Source of the DNA: an uncultured Alphaproteobacteria bacterium
GTDB lineage: Bacteria; Pseudomonadota; Alphaproteobacteria; HIMB59
NCBI GenBank assembly: GCA_902594145.1
Contig: CACJLA010000001.1
Span: 164,543-228,542 of the forward strand
Direction of reading: 5' to 3'
DNA: 64,000 nucleotides
The notes under the pieces were generated by a model. The model did not search any database and had not been told where the DNA came from. It saw only the letters and a list, made by a program, of their open reading frames with translations. Positions within the stretch are counted from its first letter, which is position 1. Each line of letters opens with the position of its first letter. Below, piece after piece: positions 43,791 to 53,772 of the stretch. The position numbers and the translations under genes are program-made.

Positions 43791-44780
43791 TTAGAAAGAC
43801 TCGTCAAATGACAAGGAGCGATCTGTTGGACGCTGATATTCAGTAACTCTTTTTTCGAAAAAATTAGTCACATTTTGAACATCCAGAGCTCTCATAAAGT
43901 CAAACGGATTTTCTGTATTAAACACTCTATCAAATCCAAAAAGATCAGCTATACGATCTGATACTGCTTCGATATACATACACATCATCTCTTTGTTCAT
44001 GCCAATAAGATCAACAGGTAGCGCGTCGGTGACAAATTCTTTTTCAAATTCAACTGCTTCTCTAACAATTTCCTCAAACTCTGATTGAGTCACAGCGCCT
44101 GTTATTAAATCCATTGATTTAATATCTTCATCTGACAATGTTCCCTTATTAAACTTTTCACTTAATGTTTTAAACATTAAAGCAGAGAAACTAAAATGCA
44201 TTCCTTCATCTCTTGCAATCCAATCATTAGAAAGTGCTAGGCCTGGAAGCAGACCTCTTTTTCTAAAGTAATAAATGGCACAAAAAGATCCTGCAAAAAA
44301 TAATCCCTCAACCAAACCAAAAGCTATTAATCGCATAAGTAAATTTTGATTTCCATTAAGCCATTTTGAAACCCACTGTGCTTTTTTATTAATACAGGGA
44401 ACATTTTGAATTGCAGAGAACAACTTATCTTTTTCTGATGGGTCCTCGACGTAGGCTTCTATCTGTAATCCATACATTTCAGCATGAATAGATTCATTTA
44501 GCATCTGCATAGTAATAAATAATCGAGACTCAGGAATTAAAATTTCATTATAGAATCTTGATGCTAGATTCTCGTTTATCATTGCCTCTGAATTAGCAAA
44601 AAACGCAAGTACATGTTTAATAAAGTGTATTTCTCCCTCGCCGAGTGTTTTTAGATCTCTTAAATCATCTTGGAGTGAAACTTCTTCGGGCGTCCAAAAC
44701 GCTTGTACATGTTGTTTATAACGATCGAAAATTTCTTGATGTTGAATAGGGAAAATTGATTTGCATCCTTTAGATATCAT
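43791..44780 (-). CDS. nrdB: Class I ribonucleotide reductase beta subunit
   Basis: FWTPEEV, ESIHAEMY, VEGLFF, RDEGMH, NFFEKRVTEY. Confidence 0.95.
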   Translation of the reverse strand: MISKGCKSIFPIQHQEIFDRYKQHVQAFWTPEEVSLQDDLRDLKTLGEGEIHFIKHVLAFFANSEAMINENLASRFYNEILIPESRLFITMQMLNESIHAEMYGLQIEAYVEDPSEKDKLFSAIQNVPCINKKAQWVSKWLNGNQNLLMRLIAFGLVEGLFFAGSFCAIYYFRKRGLLPGLALSNDWIARDEGMHFSFSALMFKTLSEKFNKGTLSDEDIKSMDLITGAVTQSEFEEIVREAVEFEKEFVTDALPVDLIGMNKEMMCMYIEAVSDRIADLFGFDRVFNTENPFDFMRALDVQNVTNFFEKRVTEYQRPTDRSLSFDESF

Positions 44781-44813
44781 TACTTGCTCCTTAAAATAAA
44801 TTGATAAAACATC

Positions 44814-47552
44814 TTACGCACTACATGTTACGCAATCTTCTGGTTCATTAGATTGCGCCTCTTTCACATAAGACTCTTTTGCTTTCTTCTCAGAGGACAC
44901 GGTTACTTTAACTGCGTCTACAGCTGATCGGCTTCTCAGGTAATACATGCCTGTTTTCAACCCTTTTTTCCATGCATACATATGCATAGAGTTCACTTTT
45001 CCAAAAGTAGGGGTTGCCAACCATAAGTTCATGGATTGGGTTTGATCGATAAATGGCGCTCTGTCAGCTGCCATATCAATGACTGTTTTTTGAGATGTTT
45101 CCCAAACAGTTTTGTAAACATCTTTTAGGTCTTCGGGAAATCCCTCAATATTCTGAACAGAGCCATTTTCTAATATAATTTGATCGCGTAATTCTTTGCT
45201 CCAAAGGTTCCTTTTCATCAATTCTTTTACAAGGTGACGATTTACTAATAAAAATTCACCAGAGAGAGTTTGTCGTTTATAAATATTTGATGTTTGTACT
45301 TGGAAGGTTTCTGTATTCCCCAAGATGATACCAGTTGAAGCTGTAGGCATACATGCTGTTGTCAAGGAATTACGTACGCCATGTTTTTGAATTTTCTCCA
45401 TTAGGCCTTTCCAGTCCCACATACTTGATGGTTTAACGCCCCATAGATCAAATTGAAATTGTCCCTCAGAAAGAGGTGAGCCCTTAAAAGTAGAATAGGG
45501 CCCTTTGTCAGTTGCAAGCTCCATTGATGCCTCTAGGGCGCCAAAGTAAACTGTTTCAAATATTTGTTTATTAATAATTTGTGCTTGAACAGAGTCATAT
45601 GCAATATTCATTTTGAAATAGACATCAGCTAGACCTTGTATGCCAAGGCCAATTGGTCGATGACGACTATTAGAGTTTTCTGTCTTATCTGTAGGATAAA
45701 AGTTTATATCAATAACTTGATCCAAGTTTTTTGTAGCAAGTTTTGCAACTTGGTATAAGTTTTGGTAATCAAATTTACTTTCATCTGTAACAAACTTTGG
45801 TAATGCGATTGACGCTAGGTTACAAACAGCTGTCTCATCTTTTTCAGAGTATTCAACGATTTCAGCACACAGATTAGATGATTTAATTACTCCAATATTT
45901 TTTTGGTTAGATTTTTTATTTACAGCATCTTTGTAAAGCATATACGGCTGTCCAGTTTCAATTTGCGCTTCAATGATCTTTGACATTAAAGCTCTCGCTT
46001 TAATTCTTTTAAGATCAGGCATTTCATTTTCGTATTTAGTGTATAGTTCTACAAACTCTTCCCCATAAGTGTTAGACAGTCCAGGACACTCATGTTCGCT
46101 CATTAATGTCCAATCAGCGTCCTCTTCAACTCTTTCCATAAATAAATCTGGTATCCAAAGAGCATAAAATAAATCTCTAGCTCTGAATTCTTCAGCACCT
46201 GTGTTTTTTCTAAGCTCTAAAAACGACTCAATATCAGCATGCCATGGCTCTAAATAGACAGCAAATGAGCCCTTTCTCTTGCCCCCACCTTGGTCAACAG
46301 ATCTTGCGGTTTCGTTAAAAATTTTAAGAAATGGAATTAGTCCATTAGATTTACCGTTTGTTGATTTAATACGACTTCCGCCACCCCTAATGTTATGGGC
46401 GTGAAGGCCAATACCACCTGCGGTTTTAGAAATCAAAGCACAGTCTTTCACTGTATTAAAAATTCCTTCAATAGAGTCATCTTCCATTCCAATCAAAAAA
46501 CAAGATGATAGTTGTTGCATTTTTAATCCACTATTGAAAAGAGTGGGCGTTGCATGTGTGTAGAAACCTTGAGATAAACTATCATAAGTTTTTTTAACCT
46601 GATAAAAATCAAACTTATCACCCGACACACATAGTGCTACTCTCATCCACAAATCCTGAGGTCTCTCCGCAGTTTTATTATTTGATTGAAGAAGATAAGC
46701 TCTGAACAAAGTTGTTAGCGCGAAATAATCAAAATAATAATCTCGATCGTAATCAATAATTTTTTCTATTTCTTCTGCATTAGCTTTTACCTTTTCATAA
46801 TATTCATCACGTAACAAACCATCTTCGTAAAGATTTTTTGTTGCAATAATAAAGCCTGGTGTTTCTTTATGAAGAGCATTAGCTTTAATTCTACCTGCTA
46901 AATAAGAGTAATCAGGATGCTCAACTGTTAATGCAGCAGCTGTTTCTGCCAAGTAAGTATCTATTTCATTTGTTGTGATACCATCGTATAAACCTTGGAT
47001 TGCTTTTTGTGCAATCGTAATGGGGTCAATCTCTAATCCGTTTGATAAAATAGATATACGGTTTGTAATTTTCTCTAATGAAATATCCTCTTTGTTACCA
47101 TCTCTTTTGGTAACAGCCATTGTTGAGACTTTGGCACCTATTTGTTCATTAAGTTGAGCTGTTTTATAACGTTGGTTAGCTCTCTGCTCTCTGTACAGAA
47201 CATAAGCACGAGCAACTTTATGGTGTTCCCCTCTCATCAAGGCTAATTCAACCTGATCTTGGATATCCTCGATATGAATCATATCACCGTTAGCAATACG
47301 TCTGGTTAGAGCCGCTGTGACGGTCTCAGTAAGCTCAGAAACGCTTTTGTCAATCTGCTTACTATCTCTAAGGTCAGTTTGTGCTAAAAAGGCTTTTCTA
47401 ATAGCGTTTGCAATTTTGTCAGACTTAAAAGGCGTTATTGATCCATCTCGTCTAACAACACTCAAACTTAACAAGTTTATTTCTTCGTTTTGCTTGTTAA
47501 TTACTGTGTTTTTTGTTGAATTTTCTAATGTTTCCGCACTATTTGTTTCCAT
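44814..47552 (-). CDS. nrdA: Class I ribonucleotide reductase alpha subunit with two ATP-cones
   Basis: ATPTLFN, SSCF, SNLCAE, CNLAS, KTGMYY, C-terminal CVTC. ATG 47552 has SD aggaag; the ORF-track GTG 47591 lies inside an NrdR box. Confidence 0.96.
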   Translation of the reverse strand: METNSAETLENSTKNTVINKQNEEINLLSLSVVRRDGSITPFKSDKIANAIRKAFLAQTDLRDSKQIDKSVSELTETVTAALTRRIANGDMIHIEDIQDQVELALMRGEHHKVARAYVLYREQRANQRYKTAQLNEQIGAKVSTMAVTKRDGNKEDISLEKITNRISILSNGLEIDPITIAQKAIQGLYDGITTNEIDTYLAETAAALTVEHPDYSYLAGRIKANALHKETPGFIIATKNLYEDGLLRDEYYEKVKANAEEIEKIIDYDRDYYFDYFALTTLFRAYLLQSNNKTAERPQDLWMRVALCVSGDKFDFYQVKKTYDSLSQGFYTHATPTLFNSGLKMQQLSSCFLIGMEDDSIEGIFNTVKDCALISKTAGGIGLHAHNIRGGGSRIKSTNGKSNGLIPFLKIFNETARSVDQGGGKRKGSFAVYLEPWHADIESFLELRKNTGAEEFRARDLFYALWIPDLFMERVEEDADWTLMSEHECPGLSNTYGEEFVELYTKYENEMPDLKRIKARALMSKIIEAQIETGQPYMLYKDAVNKKSNQKNIGVIKSSNLCAEIVEYSEKDETAVCNLASIALPKFVTDESKFDYQNLYQVAKLATKNLDQVIDINFYPTDKTENSNSRHRPIGLGIQGLADVYFKMNIAYDSVQAQIINKQIFETVYFGALEASMELATDKGPYSTFKGSPLSEGQFQFDLWGVKPSSMWDWKGLMEKIQKHGVRNSLTTACMPTASTGIILGNTETFQVQTSNIYKRQTLSGEFLLVNRHLVKELMKRNLWSKELRDQIILENGSVQNIEGFPEDLKDVYKTVWETSQKTVIDMAADRAPFIDQTQSMNLWLATPTFGKVNSMHMYAWKKGLKTGMYYLRSRSAVDAVKVTVSSEKKAKESYVKEAQSNEPEDCVTCSA

Positions 47553-47587
47553 ACTTCCTACCAAGTTTTGTGTACTTTTTTGAATAA

Positions 47588-47635
47588 TCACTAGATGTAG
47601 TGTTTATTGCCTAGTGACTATACAATCTATAGACA
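47588..47635. promoter_or_regulatory. Tandem NrdR boxes upstream of nrdA
   Basis: tcaCTAGATGTAGtgt (47588-47603) matches acaCwAtATaTwGtgt; weaker ataCAATCTATAGaca (47620-47635) starts 32 bp away. Confidence 0.75.
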
Positions 47636-47922
47636 AACATAGTCAATTTATTTTGTATTTAATTCTGAAAACCCAATAAATTCAATTGGAAATTAAAGAT
47701 TCAATTAACAAATATTTTTAAAATATTCACAGGTTTTTATCAAATTTTTCTTAAGAGCGAATATGTATAGTATTTTATGAGCAAAGCTTGAAACTAATTC
47801 TCAAAATTTTTAGATGATTCGCCTGAGACTGTTAAATAGGCCATCCACAAATATGTTTAAGTTTTATAACTCGTTAAACATTTTTTGATAGACCTCTCAG
47901 CAAAATCCCTTATTTTCATTGA

Positions 47923-48873
47923 GTGAAAAAAATTCTAGGAGTAGGAACAGCACTGGTAGATGTCATATGCCAAGTACAAGATGATGTAATAAATGATTTA
48001 AAGTTAACCAAAGGTTCAATGACATTAATTGAGGAGTCTCAAATTCAAGAAATCAGATCAAATTTTGCAAATCCTTTAATTACTTCTGGCGGTTCAGTTT
48101 GTAATACAGTCCATGAACTTAATTATAGTCCGCATGAAGCGAGCTTTTATGGAAAAGTTAATGATGATGAATATGGAAACGCATTTATTCAAGATTTAAA
48201 AAAAGCAAAAATAACTTTCAAGGGGTCTTTAAAAGAAAATGAGTTACCAACGGGTTGTTGTAATATTTTAGTCTCTCCTGACGGAGAAAGAACAATGGCA
48301 ACACATATAGGAATTGGTTCACAACTCCAACCAGAGGAGGTAAGCGATGAAATTTTTAAAGACATTGATCATATTTATATGGAGTCTTATTTGTGGGATC
48401 ATGAGTTAACAAAAAAAACTCTGCAAAAAATTGGAAATATCGCAAAATCAAAAAGTATAGAAACATCTCTATCTCTTTCAGATCCATTTTGTGTGGATAG
48501 GCATCGAGAGGAGTTAGAAAATTTTATCATTAAAAATATAGATTTAGTTTTTTGTAACTTTGATGAAGCAAAGATGTTTTCTCAATCTGACATTATGGCA
48601 GATGTAAGTTTATTTTTTCAAAACTTCGATAAAAAAATTGTCATGACATCTGGAGCAGATGGCGCATACTTCTTTCATAATGGTGAAGTAAGCCATAAAC
48701 CTGTTGACAAAGTAACAAATGTTGTTGATACAACAGGTGCTGGAGACAATTTTGCAGCTGGATTTTTAGATTTTTATCTTCAAGGAAAATCTGTTAAGGA
48801 GTCTCTTGAAAATGGGAATGCAAAAGCTGTTCAAGTCATTCAACAATTAGGACCAAGGATACAAAGAGTATGA
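47923..48873 (+). CDS. PfkB-family kinase, probable adenosine kinase
   Basis: GGSVCN, DGERTM, SLSDPFCVDRHR, DTTGAGD; upstream of ahcY. Confidence 0.82.
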   Translation: MKKILGVGTALVDVICQVQDDVINDLKLTKGSMTLIEESQIQEIRSNFANPLITSGGSVCNTVHELNYSPHEASFYGKVNDDEYGNAFIQDLKKAKITFKGSLKENELPTGCCNILVSPDGERTMATHIGIGSQLQPEEVSDEIFKDIDHIYMESYLWDHELTKKTLQKIGNIAKSKSIETSLSLSDPFCVDRHREELENFIIKNIDLVFCNFDEAKMFSQSDIMADVSLFFQNFDKKIVMTSGADGAYFFHNGEVSHKPVDKVTNVVDTTGAGDNFAAGFLDFYLQGKSVKESLENGNAKAVQVIQQLGPRIQRV

Positions 48874-48931
48874 TAAGACTGTATAAATATAATTATTTGT
48901 TTTATTATCAAAATAATAAGGAGAAAAAAGA

Positions 48932-50212
48932 TTGGATTACAAAGTAAAAGATATATCTCAAAGTGCATTTGGTAGACAAGAAATTGAAATAGCGGAGACT
49001 GAAATGCCCGGATTAATGGCTATTCGTGAGCAATATGGGGAGTCAAAACCTTTAGCTGGTGCTAAAATTATGGGGTGCCTCCATATGACCATTCAAACTG
49101 CAGTTTTAATTGAGACATTGGTAGCCCTTGGTGCTAAATGTCGATGGAGTTCTTGTAATATTTATTCAACCCAAGATCATGCTGCATCAGCAGTTGCTGA
49201 AAGCGGCACACCTGTTTTTGCTTGGAAGGGCATGAATGAAGAGGAATTTTGGTGGTGCATCGACCAGACTATCGATGCTGATGGTTGGGAACCTAATATG
49301 ATTTTAGATGATGGTGGAGACTTAACACTGCGTATGCATGAAAAATATCCTGAGCTTTTAAAAAACGTCAGAGGTCTCTCCGAGGAGACTACTACAGGTG
49401 TTCTTCGTCTAGAGCAAATGGCATCTAAAGGAACATTGCAAGTACCTGCTATTAACGTTAATGACTCAGTTACAAAAAGTAAATTTGATAATTTATATGG
49501 TTGTAAGGAAAGTTTAGTTGACGGTATTCGTAGAGGAACTGATGTCATGATGGCTGGAAAAGTTGCAGTCGTGGCAGGTTTTGGAGATGTTGGAAAAGGC
49601 AGCGCAGCATCACTTAGGGGAGCAGGTGCTAGAGTTCAAGTAACGGAAGTTGATCCTATTTGTGCTCTTCAAGCCGCAATGGAAGGTTATGAAGTTGTAA
49701 CCATGGATGATGCTTGTAAGTACGCAGATATTTTTGTAACCGCTACTGGTAACAAAGATATTATTACGCAAGATCATATGAGAGAAATGAAAGATCGTGC
49801 CATAGTTTGTAATATTGGCCACTTTGATAATGAAATTCAAATAGATGATTTACAAAATTACAAATGGGAAGAGATTAAACCTCAGGTTGATCAAGTAACA
49901 TTTCCGGATGGAAAAAAACTAATTATTCTCTCAAAAGGAAGACTGGTAAATTTAGGGAATGCTACTGGTCATCCAAGTTTTGTGATGAGCGCATCCTTTT
50001 CTAATCAAGTTTTAGCCCAGATAGAATTATGGGAAAACTATAAAAATTATGAAAATAAAGTCTATGTTCTGCCTAAAAAACTGGATGAAATGGTAGCTAT
50101 GTTCCATCTACAAAAAGTAGGAGCTAAACTAACTGAAATGTCCAAAGACCAAAGCGATTATTTAGGTGTCGAACAGCAAGGCCCATTTAAGAAAGATACA
50201 TATAGGTACTAG
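48932..50212 (+). CDS. ahcY: S-adenosylhomocysteine hydrolase
   Basis: [38 protein letters not shown]; TTG start with SD aggag. Confidence 0.97.
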   Translation: MDYKVKDISQSAFGRQEIEIAETEMPGLMAIREQYGESKPLAGAKIMGCLHMTIQTAVLIETLVALGAKCRWSSCNIYSTQDHAASAVAESGTPVFAWKGMNEEEFWWCIDQTIDADGWEPNMILDDGGDLTLRMHEKYPELLKNVRGLSEETTTGVLRLEQMASKGTLQVPAINVNDSVTKSKFDNLYGCKESLVDGIRRGTDVMMAGKVAVVAGFGDVGKGSAASLRGAGARVQVTEVDPICALQAAMEGYEVVTMDDACKYADIFVTATGNKDIITQDHMREMKDRAIVCNIGHFDNEIQIDDLQNYKWEEIKPQVDQVTFPDGKKLIILSKGRLVNLGNATGHPSFVMSASFSNQVLAQIELWENYKNYENKVYVLPKKLDEMVAMFHLQKVGAKLTEMSKDQSDYLGVEQQGPFKKDTYRY

Positions 50213-50214
50213 TT

Positions 50215-51387
50215 ATGAGAAAAGATTATATTTTTACTTCTGAGTCAGTGTCAGAGGGACACCCAGATAAGGTATCAGATCGAATTTCAGATGCTGTGGT
50301 TGATCATTTTATAGCAAAGGACCCCTTTGCTAGAGTTGCATGCGAAACATTAACTACAACTAATAAAGTTGTTTTATCAGGTGAAGTAAGAGGACCAGTG
50401 CAAGAAGATAAGGAAGAAATTATTTCAAAAGTAAGAGATTGCATCAAAGATATAGGTTATGAGCAAGATGGCTTTCATTGGAAAACAGCAGATATACAAT
50501 ATCTTCTTCACGGACAATCTGCTGACATAGCTATGGGTGTGGACTCATCCTCTGATAAAGATGAAGGGGCAGGTGACCAAGGAATTATGTTTGGTTATGC
50601 TTGTAATGAAACACCTGAGCTGATGCCAGCACCTATATTTTATTCTCACAAAATCTTAGAGATAATGGCTAAAGGAAGAAAAGATGGTAGCTTAAAAGGA
50701 TTAGAGCCTGACTCAAAAAGCCAAGTAACTCTGAAGTACGTTGATGGTAAACCAAATGCAGTTACATCTGTTGTGATATCAACACAACATGCTGATGGAT
50801 TGTCTCCTGCTGATGTTAAAGAAATAGTAAATCCTGCATTAAAAGAGTCTATCCCTGAAGAGTTATTAAAAAATCTAAATGATAAAGAATACTACGTAAA
50901 TCCAACAGGTAATTTTGTTATCGGAGGACCAGATGGTGATACGGGTTTAACAGGAAGAAAAATTATTGTTGATACTTATGGTGGTTCAGCACCTCACGGT
51001 GGAGGGGCTTTCTCCGGAAAAGATCCCACAAAAGTCGATCGTTCTGCTGCTTATGCTTCAAGATACTTAGCAAAAAATATTGTTGCTGCTGGTTTATGTG
51101 ATAAGTGTACTATCCAGTTGTCTTATGCCATCGGTGTAGCCAAACCATTGTCAATTTATGTGAACACTCAAGGTACTAATGAAATAGATGAAGCAAAAAT
51201 TGAGTCTGCGATACCTGACATTATGAATCTTTCTCCAAGAGGAATCAGAGAGAAATTACAGTTAAACAAGCCAATTTACGAACAAACAGCAGCTTACGGT
51301 CACTTTGGTAGAACACATGACAGCTCTTCAGGAGCTTTTTCATGGGAAGCTCTAGATTTAGTGTCCGATTTCAAATCGCTAGCTTAA
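50215..51387 (+). CDS. metK: S-adenosylmethionine synthetase
   Basis: [33 protein letters not shown]. Confidence 0.98.
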   Translation: MRKDYIFTSESVSEGHPDKVSDRISDAVVDHFIAKDPFARVACETLTTTNKVVLSGEVRGPVQEDKEEIISKVRDCIKDIGYEQDGFHWKTADIQYLLHGQSADIAMGVDSSSDKDEGAGDQGIMFGYACNETPELMPAPIFYSHKILEIMAKGRKDGSLKGLEPDSKSQVTLKYVDGKPNAVTSVVISTQHADGLSPADVKEIVNPALKESIPEELLKNLNDKEYYVNPTGNFVIGGPDGDTGLTGRKIIVDTYGGSAPHGGGAFSGKDPTKVDRSAAYASRYLAKNIVAAGLCDKCTIQLSYAIGVAKPLSIYVNTQGTNEIDEAKIESAIPDIMNLSPRGIREKLQLNKPIYEQTAAYGHFGRTHDSSSGAFSWEALDLVSDFKSLA

Positions 51388-51837
51388 TTGAGTTTGAGAT
51401 TTGCAGTCTCAAATGAAATTGAGTTAAAACCTTTAGCTAGAAAAATATCTAGGTCTATTTCTAAAAACCAGATTATTTTTTTTGAGGGAGAGGCCGGTTC
51501 TGGTAAGACAACTTTAATCAGATATATCTTAAGTGAAATTAGCAAGTCAGAAAAAAAAACTTTTTCCTTCCAAGGGAGCCCCACGTATCAAAGAGAACAT
51601 ATTTACAATTTTAATAAGTTTAATATTACTCACTTTGATTTTTATCAAGTTCAAAATAACAAACTAGATTTGGATGAGTATTTTAATGATAATTGTGTTC
51701 TTATTGAGTGGCCATTAGAAAATCTTATTAAAAGATATAATCATATGGCTTTATCTATTAATATTTCTGTTACTGGTGAGAAAAGAAATATAGAGATAAA
51801 ATCAAGTAATAAAAAATGGCTTCACAAAATAAAATAA
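51388..51837 (+). CDS. tsaE: t6A biosynthesis ATPase
   Basis: GEAGSGKTT, SPTY, HFDFY, LIEWP. Confidence 0.88.
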   Translation: MSLRFAVSNEIELKPLARKISRSISKNQIIFFEGEAGSGKTTLIRYILSEISKSEKKTFSFQGSPTYQREHIYNFNKFNITHFDFYQVQNNKLDLDEYFNDNCVLIEWPLENLIKRYNHMALSINISVTGEKRNIEIKSSNKKWLHKIK

Positions 51838-52784
51838 ATCTAATCAAAATAAAAAACCACCTTCAAAATAAAAATTTTAAAATAGGGGGCTTTTTAAATT
51901 TCAATTCTGATGCATCAGAAAAAATTTTTAAATTATGTAAAACAGCAAATCAATCATTACTTGTCCTCTCTTTTTTAAATAAACCTAGCGATTATCAAAA
52001 ATATATTAAAGCAACTGATATTTTAATTTCTCAAAATGTTAATACACCAAAAATAATTGACCAAAGTAATTTACATAAGTTTGTAATCATAGATTATTTC
52101 CCTATTGCAAATGCATCAAAATATTTCCAAAAACCACAAATTAAAAAAATACTTCCATTGGCTGTGATAGCTCTTACAAATCTTCAAAAACCCAAGAAAA
52201 AGTTTTCAGGCGTTCAAGTAAAATCACAAAATAATTTACTAAAGGATGCATTGAACGGTATTGAGACTTTTATTGACCACTATGATCACAAGATCCAAAT
52301 TGGTTTTTATCTCAATAAACTTGTGAAAGTATCTCTGAAAAAAAGTACTGAAAAATATAGAAAATTTAAACCAACTTTAACTCACGGTGATTTTTTTTTA
52401 GATAATTTAATTTATTACAATCAAAAAGTTTATGTTATTGATCATCAAGATACTCACTACAACCATCCATTATTAGATATTTCTTCATTGATTTTCGATG
52501 CTAGGAGATCTTATTCTACCAAAGTCGAAGATAAATTATTGAAGCTTTATGCAAGAAGAATGAAACTTAATCTCAAGCAGCTTAGGTCAGACATTCATAT
52601 GATTAGTCTTTTACGTAATCTGAGAATTCTTGGTAATTGGGTGCAACTATATAATGCTGGAAAACCAAAATATCTTAAAGTCTTTAGAAAAAATACATGG
52701 GCTCAAATATTTAAACATGTCGAATATTTAAGACTTTGGGATTTAAGAGAAATATTTATGGAGATATATAACAAAACAAGTTAA
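51816..52784 (+). CDS. Aminoglycoside-phosphotransferase-fold kinase (AmgK-like, diverged)
   Basis: SDAS, HGDF..DN, IDHQD; located between tsaE and a MurU-like gene. Confidence 0.7.
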   Translation: MASQNKINLIKIKNHLQNKNFKIGGFLNFNSDASEKIFKLCKTANQSLLVLSFLNKPSDYQKYIKATDILISQNVNTPKIIDQSNLHKFVIIDYFPIANASKYFQKPQIKKILPLAVIALTNLQKPKKKFSGVQVKSQNNLLKDALNGIETFIDHYDHKIQIGFYLNKLVKVSLKKSTEKYRKFKPTLTHGDFFLDNLIYYNQKVYVIDHQDTHYNHPLLDISSLIFDARRSYSTKVEDKLLKLYARRMKLNLKQLRSDIHMISLLRNLRILGNWVQLYNAGKPKYLKVFRKNTWAQIFKHVEYLRLWDLREIFMEIYNKTS

Positions 52785-53426
52785 ATGGACGCTCTAATAT
52801 TAGCTGCAGGTTATGGAATGCGAATGGATAACTTAACCAAAGATATCCCTAAACCCTTATTAAAAATAAAAAATAAAACACTTATTAGCTATGCAATCGA
52901 TCTCATTAAAAACATGTCATTTGATAAAATTTATATCAATACCCACTATAAACATAATATGTTAGATAGATTTATCTCTGAAAATTACCCTGATATTACA
53001 ATTTCTTATGAAGAAACTATCTTAGGAACAGGAGGTGGTATAAAAAACATACAAACAAACGATACAGTAATTCTAAATACAGATAATTTATGGGACCAGT
53101 CCTTTGAAAATGAATTAGAAAAATCAATTAAATTTTTTGATGAAAATAAAAGTTTTGATAGTGTCCTTCTTATAAATTCTAAAAATAATAATTTTGATCT
53201 TGAAGTAAATAATGAAGGGCTTATTAACTTTCCATCAAAACTATGCAATACTTCATTTCAGGGTTGTCATATTATTAGAAAAAACTCTTTGCATCCTTAC
53301 CCTAAAATTTTTAACATTCAAGACTTTTGGAAAGATTGTTCGTTAAATGAAAAAATCTATGGATATGAGACTACTAAAATCAATGCTCATGTTGGGACTA
53401 AAGATGAGTATTTGAAATACAAATAA
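52785..53426 (+). CDS. Nucleotidyltransferase (MurU-like)
   Basis: ILAAGYGMRM..LT..PKPL, LGTGGG. Confidence 0.8.
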   Translation: MDALILAAGYGMRMDNLTKDIPKPLLKIKNKTLISYAIDLIKNMSFDKIYINTHYKHNMLDRFISENYPDITISYEETILGTGGGIKNIQTNDTVILNTDNLWDQSFENELEKSIKFFDENKSFDSVLLINSKNNNFDLEVNNEGLINFPSKLCNTSFQGCHIIRKNSLHPYPKIFNIQDFWKDCSLNEKIYGYETTKINAHVGTKDEYLKYK

Positions 53427-53445
53427 TAATAACCATATTAAATAT

Positions 53446-53772
53446 ATGACAGTTGAACAAATAAGTGACGATGAATTTAATCAAAAAGTTCTTGAAGGAT
53501 CAAAAGATAAGCCTGTTTTGGTAGATTTTTGGGCTGAGTGGTGTGGTCCATGTAAGGCTATTGCTCCTATTTTGGATAATTTAGCCTCTGAAATGGGTGA
53601 TAAAATATCTATAAAAAAAATTAATATAGATGAAAATCCTCAAGCACCAGCAAACTTTAGTATTAGGAGTATACCCACAATGATACTCTTTAAAGATGGA
53701 TCAATGGCTGATGCAAAGATTGGCTTAGGCTCAGAAGCGGACTTAAGAAGTTGGATTAACAGTAAACTTTAG
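53446..53772 (+). CDS. trxA: Thioredoxin
   Basis: DFWAEWCGPCK, SIPT. Confidence 0.96.
   Translation: MTVEQISDDEFNQKVLEGSKDKPVLVDFWAEWCGPCKAIAPILDNLASEMGDKISIKKINIDENPQAPANFSIRSIPTMILFKDGSMADAKIGLGSEADLRSWINSKL

Noticed and set aside
47553-47591. N-terminal extension of nrdA from GTG 47591
   Set aside because: The GTG lies inside the NrdR box; ATG 47552 has an SD.
48874-48931. SAH or SAM-V riboswitch before ahcY-metK
   Set aside because: 58 bp of almost pure AT with no conserved riboswitch elements.
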